DNA of 64,000 nucleotides from the human T2T-CHM13v2.0 reference genome, Homo sapiens, in assembly GCA_009914755.4 (NCBI GenBank), contig CP086569.2, positions 29,344,001 to 29,408,000 on the forward strand, given 5' to 3'. How positions within the stretch are numbered: position 1 is the stretch's first letter; every line of letters starts with the position of its first letter. Made by a program: the position numbers and the translations under genes. The notes under the pieces are model-generated. The model made no database searches and had not been told where the DNA came from. It worked only from the letters and a program-made list of their open reading frames with translations. Positions 1-24,649 of the stretch are shown here, in pieces.

Positions 1-1527
1 CATTATGTATATAATAATATACAGTATCATATATATAATATATATAACCTATGTATAATATTATTTTACATCCTGCATCTTATATTATATATATTGTATA
101 AAATATAATAATTGATAATATATAAGTTTTATATTTATACAATATGACATATAGTATATATTATAATTTATGACATATATAAAATATGTTATATATCATA
201 TATAGAATATATTATACGGTTAATATACGTATTAAATATAAATTATACATTATATATATTATATATAATATATCTGTTATCTATAATACCCATTATGCAT
301 AATATATATATTATGTCTATGTTATATATAGTATAAAACAACATATAATAATATATAATTGTATATATAAAATGCGACCTATAATATATATTATATTTTA
401 TGATATATGTAATATATATTATATATTATATATAATACGTTGTATGTATAATACCTATATTAAATATATATTATATGACTATGTTATTAATTACATGTCA
501 CATATGTTATATATTATATATTTTACATAGAATATACCGGTTACATACAATATATACTATGTAACCTATAATGTATAATTTATTACATGTAAAATAAAGA
601 ATGCAATATATTATGTATAATTTATAATATACAATATGTGGAATGTGATATATATAAGATATAATATATGATATAGGATATACAGTATATGATATATAAC
701 ATACAATATATGATACCTAATATATATGGTATACAATATATATTTTATGATATGTATTCTATATGTTTTATATTCTGTTATATATAACTATTTGAAATTA
801 TATATAACTGTATAATATTTTATGTAAATATGTAATATAATATATATAACTATATAATATATTATATATAACTATATATTATGTTATATATACTTTTATA
901 ACATAATTTACATAAAATATCATAATATAATATATATTATATTATTTCATATTACATAACATATATTTGATATCACCCAATATAAGTAACATACATAATA
1001 TTATAATATAGATTATATTATGTTATATTAAATATCATATATATCATGTATCATATATTATATAATACATATTATACATTATATAATATGTATGTTGTCT
1101 ATTATGTGATATATATAACTATATATATAATTATATTACTATACATATATCCAGATAAACATGTAATTCTACATATTTTCATTTATAATATATAGAATTA
1201 TATAATCATATATAATTATTTATATTCTATAAAAAATTATATCATTATATAAATTATATTATATAAAAATTATAATATGTACTACAAATATATATATTAT
1301 ATATCATATATGATATAGTACCTTTGTTATATATCATAATACATATAAATGTGTATTATGTTATCTATAATTATATAATTTCATATATAAGATGTTTAAT
1401 ATGTATTATATATTATATACGTTATGTAATATATATAGTATACATAAGATGACACAGAATAAATATTATATACTATGACATATAAAATATATGAGGTTAT
1501 ATGTTACATATAAGGCATAGCACATAA

Positions 1528-1848
<321 letters not shown>

Positions 1849-2420
1849 ATATTTTTTAAATGAAAAAAAATTTCAAAGGTACTCTGCTTGGTACAATAAT
1901 CAAATGTATAAACTGAGGAATAAAACATAACCATGAAACCTACTTATAACTGCATATGGAAAATACAGAGGATAATTTTTTAAATAACATATTTTGAAAG
2001 CCTTAACTAGTAATTTGAAGAGTTGGCATTTGAAAGGCCAGTATGAATATACCTTCAAAGCAGCAACACAGGTTCCCCATGAGAAAAAGCAAACTCAGGG
2101 AAAATAAAACCACAAAGGTTCAATCTCTTCTGACCTTTGAAAGACACAGCACAGACAGTGGTCCTTAGGACGAAGAGCAGGAGACCCCTAATTCCGTCAC
2201 CATGGCGATAGGGCATAAACATTGCTGGGTGAGGGCACAATCCACATTGTGAGGTCCAACTGCTGCCAGGAAGACAGGAGTGCTTTTACATAGACCGAAA
2301 GGTCATTGAAGGCTCAGAGTTTTGTTTCAAGAACTGAATCCCAAGCCCACACGTTATTAGGCTGCGCTTCTTAAAACAAGTTATGAGATGGGAAAAAGGG
2401 CACCCACAAACATACGTATA
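1849..2420. other. ~570-bp ordinary-complexity (non-AT, non-Alu) segment of the 2.4-kb unit; origin unidentified. It recurs at about 4267-4838, 6683-7254, 9098-9669 and 11516-12087
   Basis: Balanced base composition and no obvious internal periodicity. It contains the recurrent 61-aa minus-strand ORF from the track, which I judge non-coding. Established descriptions of DYZ2 mention a Y-specific unique portion in addition to the AT-rich stretch and Alu. Confidence 0.6.
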
Positions 2421-12087
<9,667 letters not shown>

Positions 12088-12977
12088 CATTATGTATATA
12101 ATAATATATAGAATCAAATATATAATATATGTAACATATATATATAATACTGTTTTACATCCTGCATTTATATTATATATATTATATGTATTATAATAAC
12201 TGGTAATGTATAAGTATTATATTTATACACTATGACATATAATAATTATATTTTATGACATATATAATATATATTATATATCATATACCAAATATATGGT
12301 TAATGTACGTATTAAGTATATAATATACATTATATATATTATATCTACCTTATATATAACATTCACTATAGTTAATATATATATTATATCTAGTTATATA
12401 TAATATAAAAAAACATATAATAATATATAACTGTATATATAAAATATGACATATAATATATATTATATTTTATGACATATATATGATATGTATTATATAT
12501 TATATATAATACTTTGTATGTATAATACATGTATTAAATATATATTATATGTCTCTGTTATTAATTATAAATAATATATGTTATATATTACATATTTGAT
12601 ATAGGATACACATGTTACATAGAATATATTCTATGTTACATATAACGTAGAATTTATTATATGTAATATAATGTATGTCATATATTATAAATTCCTTATA
12701 ATATACAATATGTGGAGTGTGTTATGTATAACTTGTAATATATGATATATGATATACAATATATGTTATATAACATACAATATATGATACATAATATATA
12801 TGGTATACAATATATATTTTATGATATATATTATATATGTTTTATATTTTATTATATATAACTATTTAAAATTATATATAACTGTATAGTATTATACGTA
12901 AATATATAATATAATACATATAACCATATATTATGTTATATATAATTTTAATACATACTTTCCATAATATATCATAT
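12088..12977. repeat. Diverged partial 6th HSat1B/DYZ2-like unit; only the AT-rich 5' part, truncated at the junction with HSat3
   Basis: It starts with the recognisable unit-start motif (ctatacattatgtatataataatatatagaatc...) and keeps colinear landmarks (tgttttacatcctgcat, tatgacatat). It is far more diverged than units 1-5, and it ends abruptly at 12977 where GGAAT-type sequence begins. Confidence 0.7.
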
Positions 12978-14045
12978 GGACTCCTTTGGAATGGTCTAGT
13001 ATGCAATGCAATCGACTAACAGGGAATTAAAAGGAATGTAATCGAATGGATTGGACTGGAATGCAATGGACTCGAATAGATTGGAAACGGAATGCAAAGG
13101 AATGGAATGGAATAGTATGGAATGGAATGGAAAGGAATGGAATGGAATAGACTAGAGTAGAATGGAATGGACTCGAAAGCAATGGACTGGAATGGAACTT
13201 TCTGGAATGGTCTGGAATCAAACGGAATGGAATGCCATGCAATCAAATAGAATAAAAGAGAATCAAATCCAATCGAATGGATTGGAAAGGAATTGACTCA
13301 AATGGAATGGACTAGAATGAAAGGGAAAGGAATGGAATCTACTGGAATGGACTGTAATGGAATGGAATCGAAGGGGTTGGAATGGAATCGAATGGAATGG
13401 ACTGCAATAGAAAGGATTCGAATGGAATGAAAAAGAATTGAAGGGAATAGAACAGAATGGAATCAAATCGAATGAAATGGAATGGAATAGAAAGGATTCG
13501 AATGGAATGCAATCGAGTGGAATGGAATCGAACGGAATGGAATAAAATGGAAGAAAGCTGGCAAGAAAAGGAATCGAAATGAATGGAGTGTTATGGAACG
13601 GACTCAAAAGGAATTGAATGTAATAGAATGGAGTGGAGTGGACTCGAATATAGTGGACTGGAATGGAATGAAATCACATGGAATGGGAACGAATGGAATG
13701 GAATGGAAAGGAATGGAATCGAATGGAAAGGAATTGAATGGAAGGGAATGAAATTGAATCAACAGGAATGGAAGGGAATAGAATAGACGGTAATGGAATG
13801 GACTCGAATAGAATGGACACGAATGCTCAAATTGAATGGACTCGAATGGAATGGCAACGAAAGGAATGTCATCGAATGGAATTGAATCGATTGGAATGAA
13901 ATCGCATAGAATGGAGTGGAATCAAATGGAATTGAATCGAAAGGAAAGGAAGCGAACGGACTGAAATGAAATGGAATGGAATTGAATGGAAAGTAATGCA
14001 ATGGAATAGAATGGAACGAAATTTCACGGAATGGAATCAAACTGA
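12978..14045 (+). repeat. HSat3 HOR partial edge unit U0 (corresponds to unit offsets ~2375 to end, with a ~90-bp internal deletion)
   Basis: It begins with ggactcctttggaatggtctagtatgcaatgcaatcgact, which in full units lies ~2375 bp into the unit (e.g. 16420). The track ORF 13263-13607 fuses segments that are separate ORFs in full units (16846- and 16284-type), indicating a deletion. Confidence 0.75.
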
Positions 14046-17000
14046 ATGGAATCAAATCAATGGAATCTAATCAAATGGAATGGAAAGGAATTGAATGGAG
14101 TAGATTGGATTGGATGGGATTGGAATGAAATGTACTGGAAAGGACTCGAATTTCATGAAACGGAATGGAATGAATTGGAACGGAATGGACTCGAATGGAA
14201 TGGAATGTCATGGAATGGCATCAAATGGAATGGAATCGAATGCAATGGAATGCTATGGAATGGAATGGAATGCATTGGAATGGAATGTCCTCTAATGGAA
14301 TGGATTCGAGTGGAATGGAATCGAATAAAATGGAGTCGAATGAAATGGAATTGAAAGGAATGGGATCGAATAGAATGGAATATACTGGAATGTAAGGTAA
14401 TGAACTCGAATGTAATTGACTGGAATGGAATGTACATGAATGGAATGTAATCGAATGGAAAGTAATCCAATGGAATAGATTCTAATGCAATAAAATCGAC
14501 TCAGATAGAGTAGAATGTAATGGAATGGAGTGCAGTGCAATGGAATGGAATGGAATGGAATGCAATGGAATGGAATGGAATGGAATGGAATGGAATGGGA
14601 TGGAATGGTATGGAATGGATAGTAATGGACTGGAGTGAAATGGACTGGAAAGGAATGGACTCAAATTGAAAGGGCTCGAAAGGAATGGAGTCAAATGGTA
14701 TGGTCTGGAATGGAATGAACACGAATGTAATGCAATCCAATAGAATGGAATCGAATGGCATGGAATATAAAGAAATGGAATCGAAGAGAATGGAAACAAA
14801 TGGAATGGAATTGACTGGAATGGAATTGAATGGAATGGGAACGAATGGAGTGAAATTGTATGCAGTAGAAAGGAATAGAATGGAATGCAAGCGAAAGGAA
14901 AGGAATGGATTGGAATGGAATGGAATTCATTGGAATGGAAGGGAATGTAGTGTAATGGACAGGCCTGGAATAAAGTGGAATGCTACGGTCTCGAATGGAA
15001 TAAAAATGTATGGAATGGAATGCAATGAAACGGAATCGAATGTCATAGAATGTAATGGAATGCAAAAAAATGGAATCCAAAATCATTGACTGGAAAGGCT
15101 GTGTGTCGAAAGGAATTGACTCCAATGGAATGGAATCGAATGGAATGGAAGTGAATAGAATCGAACTAAATCGAATGGAATGGAATTGATAGGAACGGAA
15201 TGGAAAGGAATGCAATGATTTGGCATGGAATGGAATCGAATGGCATCGAATGGAATGGAATGGAATGCAATGGAATGGAATGTATTAGAATGTAATGAAC
15301 TTTAATGGAATGTACTCGAATGGATTCGACTGGAATGGAATGTTCTGGAAGTGAATGGACTCCAATGGAATGGATTCGAAAGGAATGGAATCATACGGAA
15401 TGGAATCTAATGGAATGGAATTAAATGGAAATGAATCAAATGGAATAGCACGGAATTGAATTGAATGGAATCGAATGCAATGGAATCTAATGAAACGGAA
15501 AGGAAAGGAATGGAATGGAATGGAATGGGCTGGAATGGAAAGGAATCGAAACGAATGGAATGGAATCGAACTGAAGAGACTGGAATGGAATGCACTGGAA
15601 TGGAAGGGAGTGTAATGGAAGGTTCTCGAAAAAAATGGAATCGAATGGAATGGAATTGAATGGAACGGAATAGAGTCGAATGGAATTGAATGGAATGGAA
15701 TGGACTAGAGTGAAATGGAATCGAACCACAAGGAATGGACAGGAATAGAATGGTCTCGAATTGAATGGAATCGTATGGAATGGCATCAAACGGAATGGAA
15801 TTGACAGCCACGGAATGGAATGCACTCGAATGCAATGGAGTCGAAACTAATGGACTGGAATAGAATGGACTCGACTGGTACGGACTCCAATGGAATGGAA
15901 TCGAATGGAAGGGAATCGAACGGAATGGACTCGAAGGGAAAAGACTGCAATGGAAAGGTCTCGAATGGAATGGAAATTAATGGAATGGAATGGAATCGAA
16001 TGAAATGGAGTCAAAAGGAATGGAATCGAATGGCAAGAAATCGAATGTAATGGAATCGCAAGGAATTGATGTGAACGGAATGGAATGGAATGGAATCCAA
16101 AGGAATGGAATAGAATGGAATGGAATCGAATGGAAAGGACTCGAATGGAAATCACTCGAATAGAATGCAATTTAATAAAATAGGATCAAATGTAATGGAA
16201 TGGAATGGAAAGGAATCGAAACGAAAGGAATGGAGACATGGAATGGAATGGAACAGAGAGCAATGGTATAGAATGGAATGGAATCATCTGGAATGGAATT
16301 GAATGGAATGGAATAATATGAAATGGAATGGAATGCAATGGAATGCCCTTGAATTAAATGGACTGGAATGGAATGGACTCGAACAGAGTGGAATGGAAAG
16401 TGTTGAGATAGAATGGAATGGACTCCTTTGGAATGGTGTAGTATGCAATGCAATCGACTGGCAGGGAATCAAAAGGAATGTAATCGAATGGATTGGACTG
16501 GAATGCAATGGACTCGAATAGATTGGAAACGGAATGCAAAGGAATGGAATGGAATAGTATGGAATGGAATGGAAAGGAATGGAGTGGAAGAGACTAGAGT
16601 CAAATGGAATGGACTCGAAAGCAATGGACTGGAATGGAACTTTCTTGAATGGACTGGAATCAAACGGAATGGAATGCAATGCAATCAAATGGCATGGAAT
16701 AAAATAGAATGAAAGGGAATCAAATGGAATTGAATCGAATGGAATCGAATGGATTGGAAAGGAATAGAATGGAATGGAATGGAATTGACTCAAATGGAAT
16801 GGACTAGAATGGAATGGATTCGAATGGAAGGCAAAGGAATGGAATCTATTGGAATGGACTGTAATGGAATGGAATGGAAGGGATTGGAATGCACTCGAAT
16901 GGAATGGACTGCAATAGAAAGGATTCGAATGGAATGAAAAAGAATTGAATGGAATAGAACAGAATGGAATCAAATCGAATGAAATGGAATGGAATAGAAA

Positions 17001-17577
17001 GTAATGGAATGAAATGGAATGGAAAGGATTCGAATGGAATGCAATCGAATGGAATGGAATCGAACGGAATGGAATAAAATGGAAGAAAACTGGAAAGAAA
17101 TGGAATCGAAATGAATGGAGTGTTATGGAACGGACTCAAAAGGAATTGAATGTAATAGAATGGAGAGGAGTGGACTCGAATATAATGGACTGGAATGGAA
17201 TGAAATCACATGGAATGGGAACGAATGGAATGGAATGGAAAGGAATGGAATCGAATGGAAAGGAATCGAATGGAAGGGAATGAAATTGAATCAACAGGAA
17301 TGGAAGGGAATAGAATAGACGGTAATGGAATGGACTCGAATAGAATGGACACGAATGCTCAAATTGAATGGACTCGAATGGAATGGAAACGAAAGGAATG
17401 TCATCGAATGGAATTGAATCGATTGGAATGAAATCGCATAGAATGGAGTGGAATCAAATGGAATTGAATCGAAAGGAAAGGAAGCGAATGGACTGAAATG
17501 AAATAGAATGGAATTGAATGGAAAGTAATGCAATGGAATAGAATGGAACGAAATTTCACGGAATGGAATCAAACTAA
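14046..17577 (+). repeat. HSat3 HOR unit U1 (3532 bp; subtype A)
   Basis: Anchor-to-anchor period. Subtype A is marked by the ...GTNGVKLY... / ...LEWNGIHW... variants in the + frame track peptides. Confidence 0.85.
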
Positions 17578-20500
17578 ATGGAATCAAATCAATGGAATCT
17601 AATCAAATGGAATGGAAAGGAATTGAATGGAGTAGATGGGATTGGATGGGATTGGAATGAAATGTACTGGAAAGGACTCGAATTTCATGAAACGGAATGG
17701 AATGAATTGGAACGGAATGGACTCGAATGGAATGGAATGTCATGGAATGGCATCAAATGGAATGGCATCAAATGGAATGGAATCGACTGCAATGGAATGC
17801 TATGGAATGGAATGGAATGCATTGGAATGGAATGTCCTCGAATGGAATGGATTCGAGTGGAATGGAATCGAATATAATGGAGTCGAATGAAATGGAATTG
17901 AAAGGAATGGGATCGAATACAATGGAATATACTGGAAGGTAATGTAATGAACTCGAATGTAATTGACTGGAATGGAATGTACATGAATGGAATGTAATCC
18001 AATGGAAAGTAATCCAATGGAATAGAATCTAATGCAATAAAATCGACTCAGATAGAGTAGAATGTAATGGAGTGCAGTGCAATGGAATGGAATGGAATGG
18101 AATGCAATGGAATGGAATGGAATGGAATAGAATGGAATGGAAAGGAATGGGATGGAATGGTATGGAATGGATAGTAATGGACTGGAGTGAAATGGACTGG
18201 AAAGGAATGGACTCAAATTGAAAGGGCTCGAAAGGAATGGAGTCAAATGGAATGGTCTGGAATGGAATGAACACGAATGTAATGCAATCCAATAGAATGG
18301 AATCGAATGGCATGGAATATAAAGAAATGGAATCGAAGAGAATGGAAACAAATGGAATGGAATTGAATGGAATGGGAACGAACGGAGTGAAATTGTATGC
18401 AGTAGAAGAGAATAGAATGGAATGCAAGCGAAAGGAAAGGAATGGATTGGAATGGAATGGAATTCATTGGAATGGAAGGGAATGTAGTGTAATGGACAGG
18501 CCTGGAATAAAGTGGAATGCTACGGTCTCGAATGGAATAAAAATGTATGGAATGGAATGCAATGAAACGGAATCGAATGTCATAGAATGTAATGGAATGC
18601 AAAAAAATGGAATCCAAAATCATTGACTGGAAAGGCTGGGTGTCGAAAGGAATTGACTCCAATGGAATGGAATCGAATGGAATGGAAGTGAATAGAATCG
18701 AACTAAATCGAATGGAATGGAATTGATAGGAACGGAATGGAAAGGAATGCAATGATTTGGCATGGAATGGAATCGAATGGCATCGAATGGAATGGAATGG
18801 AATGCAATGGAATGGAATGTATTAGAATGTAATGAACATTAATGGAATGTACTCGAATGGATTCGACTGGAATGGAATGTTCTAGAAGTGAATGGACTCC
18901 AATGGAATGGATTCAAAAGGAATGGAATCCTACGGAATGGCATCTAATGGAATGGAATTAAATGGAAATGAATCAAATGGAATAGCACGGAATTGAATTG
19001 AATGGAATCGAATGCAATGGAATCTAATGAAACGGAAAGGAAAGGAATGGAATGGAATGGAATGGGCTGGAATGGAAAGGAATCGAAACGAATGGAATGG
19101 AATGGAACTGAAGAGACTGGAATGGAATGCACTGGAATGGAAGGGAGTGTAATGGAAGGTTCTCGAAAAAAATGGAATCGAATGGAATGGAATTGAATGG
19201 AACGGAATAGAGTCGAATGGAATTGAATGGAATCGAATGGACTAGAGTGAAATGGAATCGAACCACAAGGAATGGACAGGAATAGAATGGTCTCGAATTG
19301 AATGGAATCGTATGGAATGGCATCAAACGGAATGGAATTGACAGCCACGGAATGGAATGCACTCGAATGCAATGGAGTCGAAACTAATGGACTGGAATAG
19401 AATGGACTCGACTGGTACGGACTCCAATGGAATGGAATCGAATGGAAGGGAATCGAACGGAATGGACTCGAAGGGAAAAGACTGCAATGGAAAGGTCTCG
19501 AATGGAATGGAAATTAATGGAATGGAATGGAATCGAATGAAATGGAGTCAAAAGGAATGGAATCGAATGGCAAGAAATCGAATGTAATGGAATCGCAAGG
19601 AATTGATGTGAACGGAACGGAATGGAATGGAATCCAAAGGAATGGAATAGAATGGAATGGAATCGAATGGAACGGACTCGAATGGAAATCACTCGAATAG
19701 AATGCAATTTAATAAAATAGGATCAAATGTAATGGAATGGAATGGAAAGGAATCGAAACGAAAGGAATGGAGACAGATGGAATGGAATGGAACAGAGAGC
19801 AATGGTATAGAATGGAATGGAATAATCTGGAATGGAATTGAATGGAATGGAATAATATGAAATGGAATGGAATGGAATGGAATGCCCTTGAATTAAATGG
19901 ACTGGAATGGAATGGACTCGAACAGAGTGGAATGGAAAGTGTTGAGATAGAATGGAATGGACTCCTTTGGAATGGTCTAGTATGCAATGCAATCGACTGG
20001 CAGGGAATCAAAAGGAATGTAATCGAATGGATTGGACTGGAATGCAATGGACTCGAATAGATTGGAAACGGAATGCAAAGGAATGGAATGGAATAGTATG
20101 GAATGGAATGGAAAGGAATGGAGTGGAATAGACTAGAGTGGAATGGAATGGACTGGAAAGCAATGGACTGGAATGGAACTTTCTTGAATGGACTGGAATC
20201 AAACGGAATGGAATGCAATGCAATCAAATGGCATGGAATAAAATAGAATGAAAGAGAATCAAATGGAATTGAATCGAATGGAATCGAATGGATTGGAAAG
20301 GAATAGAATGGAATGGAATGGAATTGACTCAAATGGAATGGACTAGAATGGAATGGATTCGAATGGAAGGCAAAGGAATGGAATCTATTGGAATGGACTG
20401 TAATGGAATGGAATGGAAGGGATTGGAATGGACTCGAATGGAATGGACTGCAATAGAAAGGATTCGAATGGAATGAAAAAGAATTGAATGGAATAGAACA

Positions 20501-21131
20501 GAATGGAATCAAATCGAATGAAATGGAATGGAATAGAAAGGAATGGAATGAAATGGAATGGAAAGGATTCGAATGGAATGCAATCGAATGGAATGCAATC
20601 GAACGGAATGGAATCGAACGGAATGGAATAAAATGGAAGAAAACTGGCAAGAAATGGAATCGAAATGAATGGAGTGTTATGGAACGGACTCAAAAGGAAT
20701 TGAATGTAATAGAATGGAGTGGAGTGGACTCGAATATAATGGACTGGAATGGAATGAAATCACATGGAATGGGAACGAATGGAATGGAATCGAAAGGAAT
20801 GGAATCGAATGGAAAGGAATCGAATGGAAGGGAATGAAATTGAATCAACAGGAATGGAAGGGTATAGAATAGACGGTAATGGAATGGACTCGAATAGAAT
20901 GGACACGAATGTTCAAATTGAATGGACTCGAATGGAATGGAAACGAAAGGAATGTCATCGAATGGAATTGAATCGATTGGAATGAAATCGCATAGAATGG
21001 AGTGGAATCAAATGGAATTGAATCGAAAGGAAAGGAAGCGAATGGACTGAAATGAAATGGAATGGAATTGAATGGAAAGTAATGCAATGGAATAGAATGG
21101 AACGAAATTTCACGGAATGGAATCAAACTGA
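17578..21131 (+). repeat. HSat3 HOR unit U2 (3554 bp; subtype A, lacks one 15-bp atggaattgaatgga sub-repeat)
   Basis: Anchor period. The ORF at 18237 is 129 aa versus 134 aa in other units because one MELNG-encoding 15-bp copy is missing. Confidence 0.85.
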
Positions 21132-24100
21132 ATGGAATCAAATCAATGGAATCTGATCAAATGGAATGGAAAGGAATTGAATGGAGTAGATGGGATTGGA
21201 TGGGATTGGAATGAAATGTACTGGAAAAGACTCGAATTTTATGAAACGGAATGGAATGAATTGGAACGGAATGGACTCGAATGGAATGGAATGTCATGGA
21301 ATGGCATCAAATGGAATGGCATCAAATGGAATGGAATCGAATGCAATGGAATGCTATGGAATGGAATGGAATGCATTGGAATGGAATGTCCTCTAATGGA
21401 ATGGATTCGAGTGGAATGGAATCGAATATAATGGAGTCGAATGAAATGGAATTGAAAGGAATGGGATCGAATACAATGGAATATACTGGAATGTAACGTA
21501 ATGAACTCGAATGTAATTGACTGGAATGGAATGTACATGAATGGAATGTAATCGAATGGAAAGTAATCCAATGGAATAGAATCTAATGCAATAAAATCGA
21601 CTCAAATAGAATAGAATGTAATGGAATGGAGTGCAGTGCAATGGAATGGAATGGAATGGAATGCAATGCAATGGAATGTAATGGAATGGAATGGAATGGG
21701 ATGGAATGGTATGGAATGGAAAGTAATGGACTGGAGTGAAATGGACTGGAAAGGAATGGACTCAAATTGAAAGGGCTCGAAAGGAATGGAGTCAAATGGA
21801 ATGGTCTGGAATGGAATGAACACGAATGTAATGCAATCCAATAGAATGGAATCGAATGGCATGGAATATAAAGAAATGGAATCGAAGAGAATGGAAACAA
21901 ATGGAATGGAATTGAATGGAATGGAATTGAATGGAATGGGAAGGAATGGAGTGAAATTGTATGCAGTAGAAGAGAATAGAATGGAATGCAAGCGAAAGGA
22001 AAGGAATGGATTGCAATGGAATGGAATTCATTGGAATGGAAGGGAATGTAGTGTAATGGACAGGCCTGGAATAAAGTGGAATGCTACGGTCTCGAATGGA
22101 ATAAAAATGTATGGAATGGAATGCAATGAAACGGAATCGAATGTCATAGAATGTAATGGAATGCAAAAAAATGGAATCCAAAATCATTGACTGGAAAGGC
22201 TGTGTGTCGAAAGGAATTGACTCCAATGGAATGGAATCGAATGGAATGGAAGTGAATAGAATCGAACTAAATCGAATGGAATGGAATTGATAGGAACGGA
22301 ATGGAAAGGAATGCAATGATTTGGCATGGAATGGAATCGAATGGCATCGAATGGAATGGAATGGAATGCAATGGAATGGAATGTATTAGAATGTAATGAA
22401 CATTAATGGAATGTACTCGAATGGATTCGACTGGAATGGAATGTTCTAGAAGTGAATGGACTCCAATGGAATGGATTCGAAAGGAATGGAAACGAACGGA
22501 ATGGCATCTAATGGAATGGAATTAAATGGAAATGAATCAAATTGAATAGCACGGAATTGAATTGAATGGAATCGAATGCAATGGAATCTAATGAAACGGA
22601 AAGGAAAGGAATGGAATGGAATGGAATGGGCTGGAATGGAATGGAATCGAAACGAATGGAATGGAATCGAACTGAAGAGACTGGAATGGAATGCACTGGA
22701 ATGGAAGGGAGTGTAATGGAAGGTTCTCGAAAAAAATGGAATCGAATGGAATGGAATTGAATGGAACGGAATAGAGTCGAATGGAATTGAATGGAATGGA
22801 ATGGACTAGAGTGAAATGGAATCGAACCACAAGGAATGGACAGGAATAGAATGGTCTCGAATTGAAAGGAATCGTATGGAATGGCATCAAACGGAATGGA
22901 ATGGACAGCCACGGAATGGAATGCACTCGAATGCAATGGAGTCGAAACTAATGGACTGGAATAGAATGGACTCGACTGGTACGGACTCCAATGGAATGGA
23001 ATCGAATGGAAGGGAATCGAACGGAATGGACTCGAAGGGAAAAGACTGCAATGGAAAGGTCTCGAATGGAATGGAAATTAATGGAATGGAATGGAATCGA
23101 ATGAAATGGAGTCAAAAGGAATGGAATCGAATGGCAAGAAATCGAATGGAATGGAATCACAAGGAATTGATGTGAACGGATCGGAATGGAATGGAATCCA
23201 AAGGAATGGAATAGAATGGAATGGAATCGAATGGAAAGGACTCGAATGGAAATCACTCGAATAGAATGCAATTTAATAAAATAGGATCAAATGTAATGGA
23301 ATGGAATGGAAAGGAATCGAAACGAAAGGAATGGAGACAGATGGAATGGAATGGAACAGAGAGCAATGGTATAGAATGGAATGGAATCATCTGGAATGGA
23401 ATTGAATGGAATGGAATAATATGAAATGGAATGGAATGGAATGGAATGCCCTTGAATTAAATGGACTGGAATGGAATGGACTCGAACAGAGTGGAATGGA
23501 AAGTGTTGAAATAGAATGGAATGGACTCCTTTGGAATGGTCTAGTATGCAATGCAATCGACTGGCAGGGAATCAAAAGGAATGTAATCGAATGGATTGGA
23601 CTGGAATGCAAAGGAATGGAATGGAATAGTATGGAATGGAATGGAAAGGAATGGAGTGGAATAGACTAGAGTGGAATGGAATGGACTGGAAAGCAATGGA
23701 CTGGAATGGAACTTTCTTGAATGGACTGGAATCAAACGGAATGGAATGCAATGCAATCAAATGGCATGGAATAAAATAGAATGAAAGTGAATCAAATGGA
23801 ATTGAATCGAATGGAATCGAATGGATTGGAAAGGAATAGAATGGAATGGAATGGAATTGACTCAAATGGAATGGACTAGAATGGAATGGATTCGAATGGA
23901 AGGCAAAGGAATGGAATCTTTTGAAATGGACTGTAATGGAATGGAATGGAAGGGATTGGAATGGACTCGAATGGAATGGACTGCAATAGAAAGGATTCGA
24001 ATGGAATGAAAAAGAATTGAATGGAATAGAACAGAATGGAATCAAATCGAATGAAATGGAATGGAATAGAAAGGAATGGAATGAAATGGAATGGAAAGGA

Positions 24101-24649
24101 TTCGAATGGAATGCAATCGAATGGAATGGAATCGAACGGAATGGAATAAAATGGAAGAAAACTGGCAAGAAATGGAATCGAAATGAATGGAGTGTTATGG
24201 AACGGACTCAAAAGGAATTGAATGTAATAGAATGGAGTGGAGTGGACTCGAATATAATGGACTGGAATGGAATGAAATCACATGGAATGGGAACGAATGG
24301 AACGGAATGGAAAGGAATGGAATCGAATGGAAAGGAATCGAATGGAAGGGAATGAAATTGAATCAACAGGAATGGAAGGGTATAGAATAGACGGTAATGG
24401 AATGGACTCGAATAGAATGGACACGAATGTTCAAATTGAATGGACTCGAATGGAATGGAAACAAAAGGAATGTCATCGAATGGAATTGAATCGATTGGAA
24501 TGAAATCGCATAGAATGGAGTGGAATCAAATGGAATTGAATCGAAAGGAAAGGAAGCGAATGGACTGAAATGAAATGGAATGGAATTGAATGGAAAGTAA
24601 TGCAATGGAATAGAATGGAACGAAATTTCACGGAATGGAATCAAACTGA
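21132..24649 (+). repeat. HSat3 HOR unit U3 (3518 bp; subtype B)
   Basis: Anchor period. Subtype B is marked by the ...GRNGVKLY... / ...LQWNGIHW... variants. Confidence 0.85.

Noticed and set aside
2055-2240. 61-aa minus-strand ORF recurring in every 2.4-kb unit (2055, 4473, 6889, 9304, 11722) as a conserved small protein
   Set aside because: Its conservation is only the conservation of the tandem unit. The differences among copies that I could see in the translations (E->D, C->F, I->M, V->L) are all amino-acid changes, so there is no evidence of purifying selection. There is no plausible exon structure or start context, and it lies inside a satellite repeat.
19709-20650. Long minus-strand ORFs in the HSat3 block (e.g. 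313 aa at 19709-20650; 275 aa at 33982-34809 and its periodic copies) as possible repeat-protein genes
   Set aside because: The translations are pure low-complexity (IPFHS)n. Equivalent open frames exist on the opposite strand and in other frames over the same DNA. They recur with the satellite HOR period. Length differences between copies come from repeat indels. Their context is pericentromeric or Yq12 satellite heterochromatin. These are frame artefacts of a 5-bp repeat.
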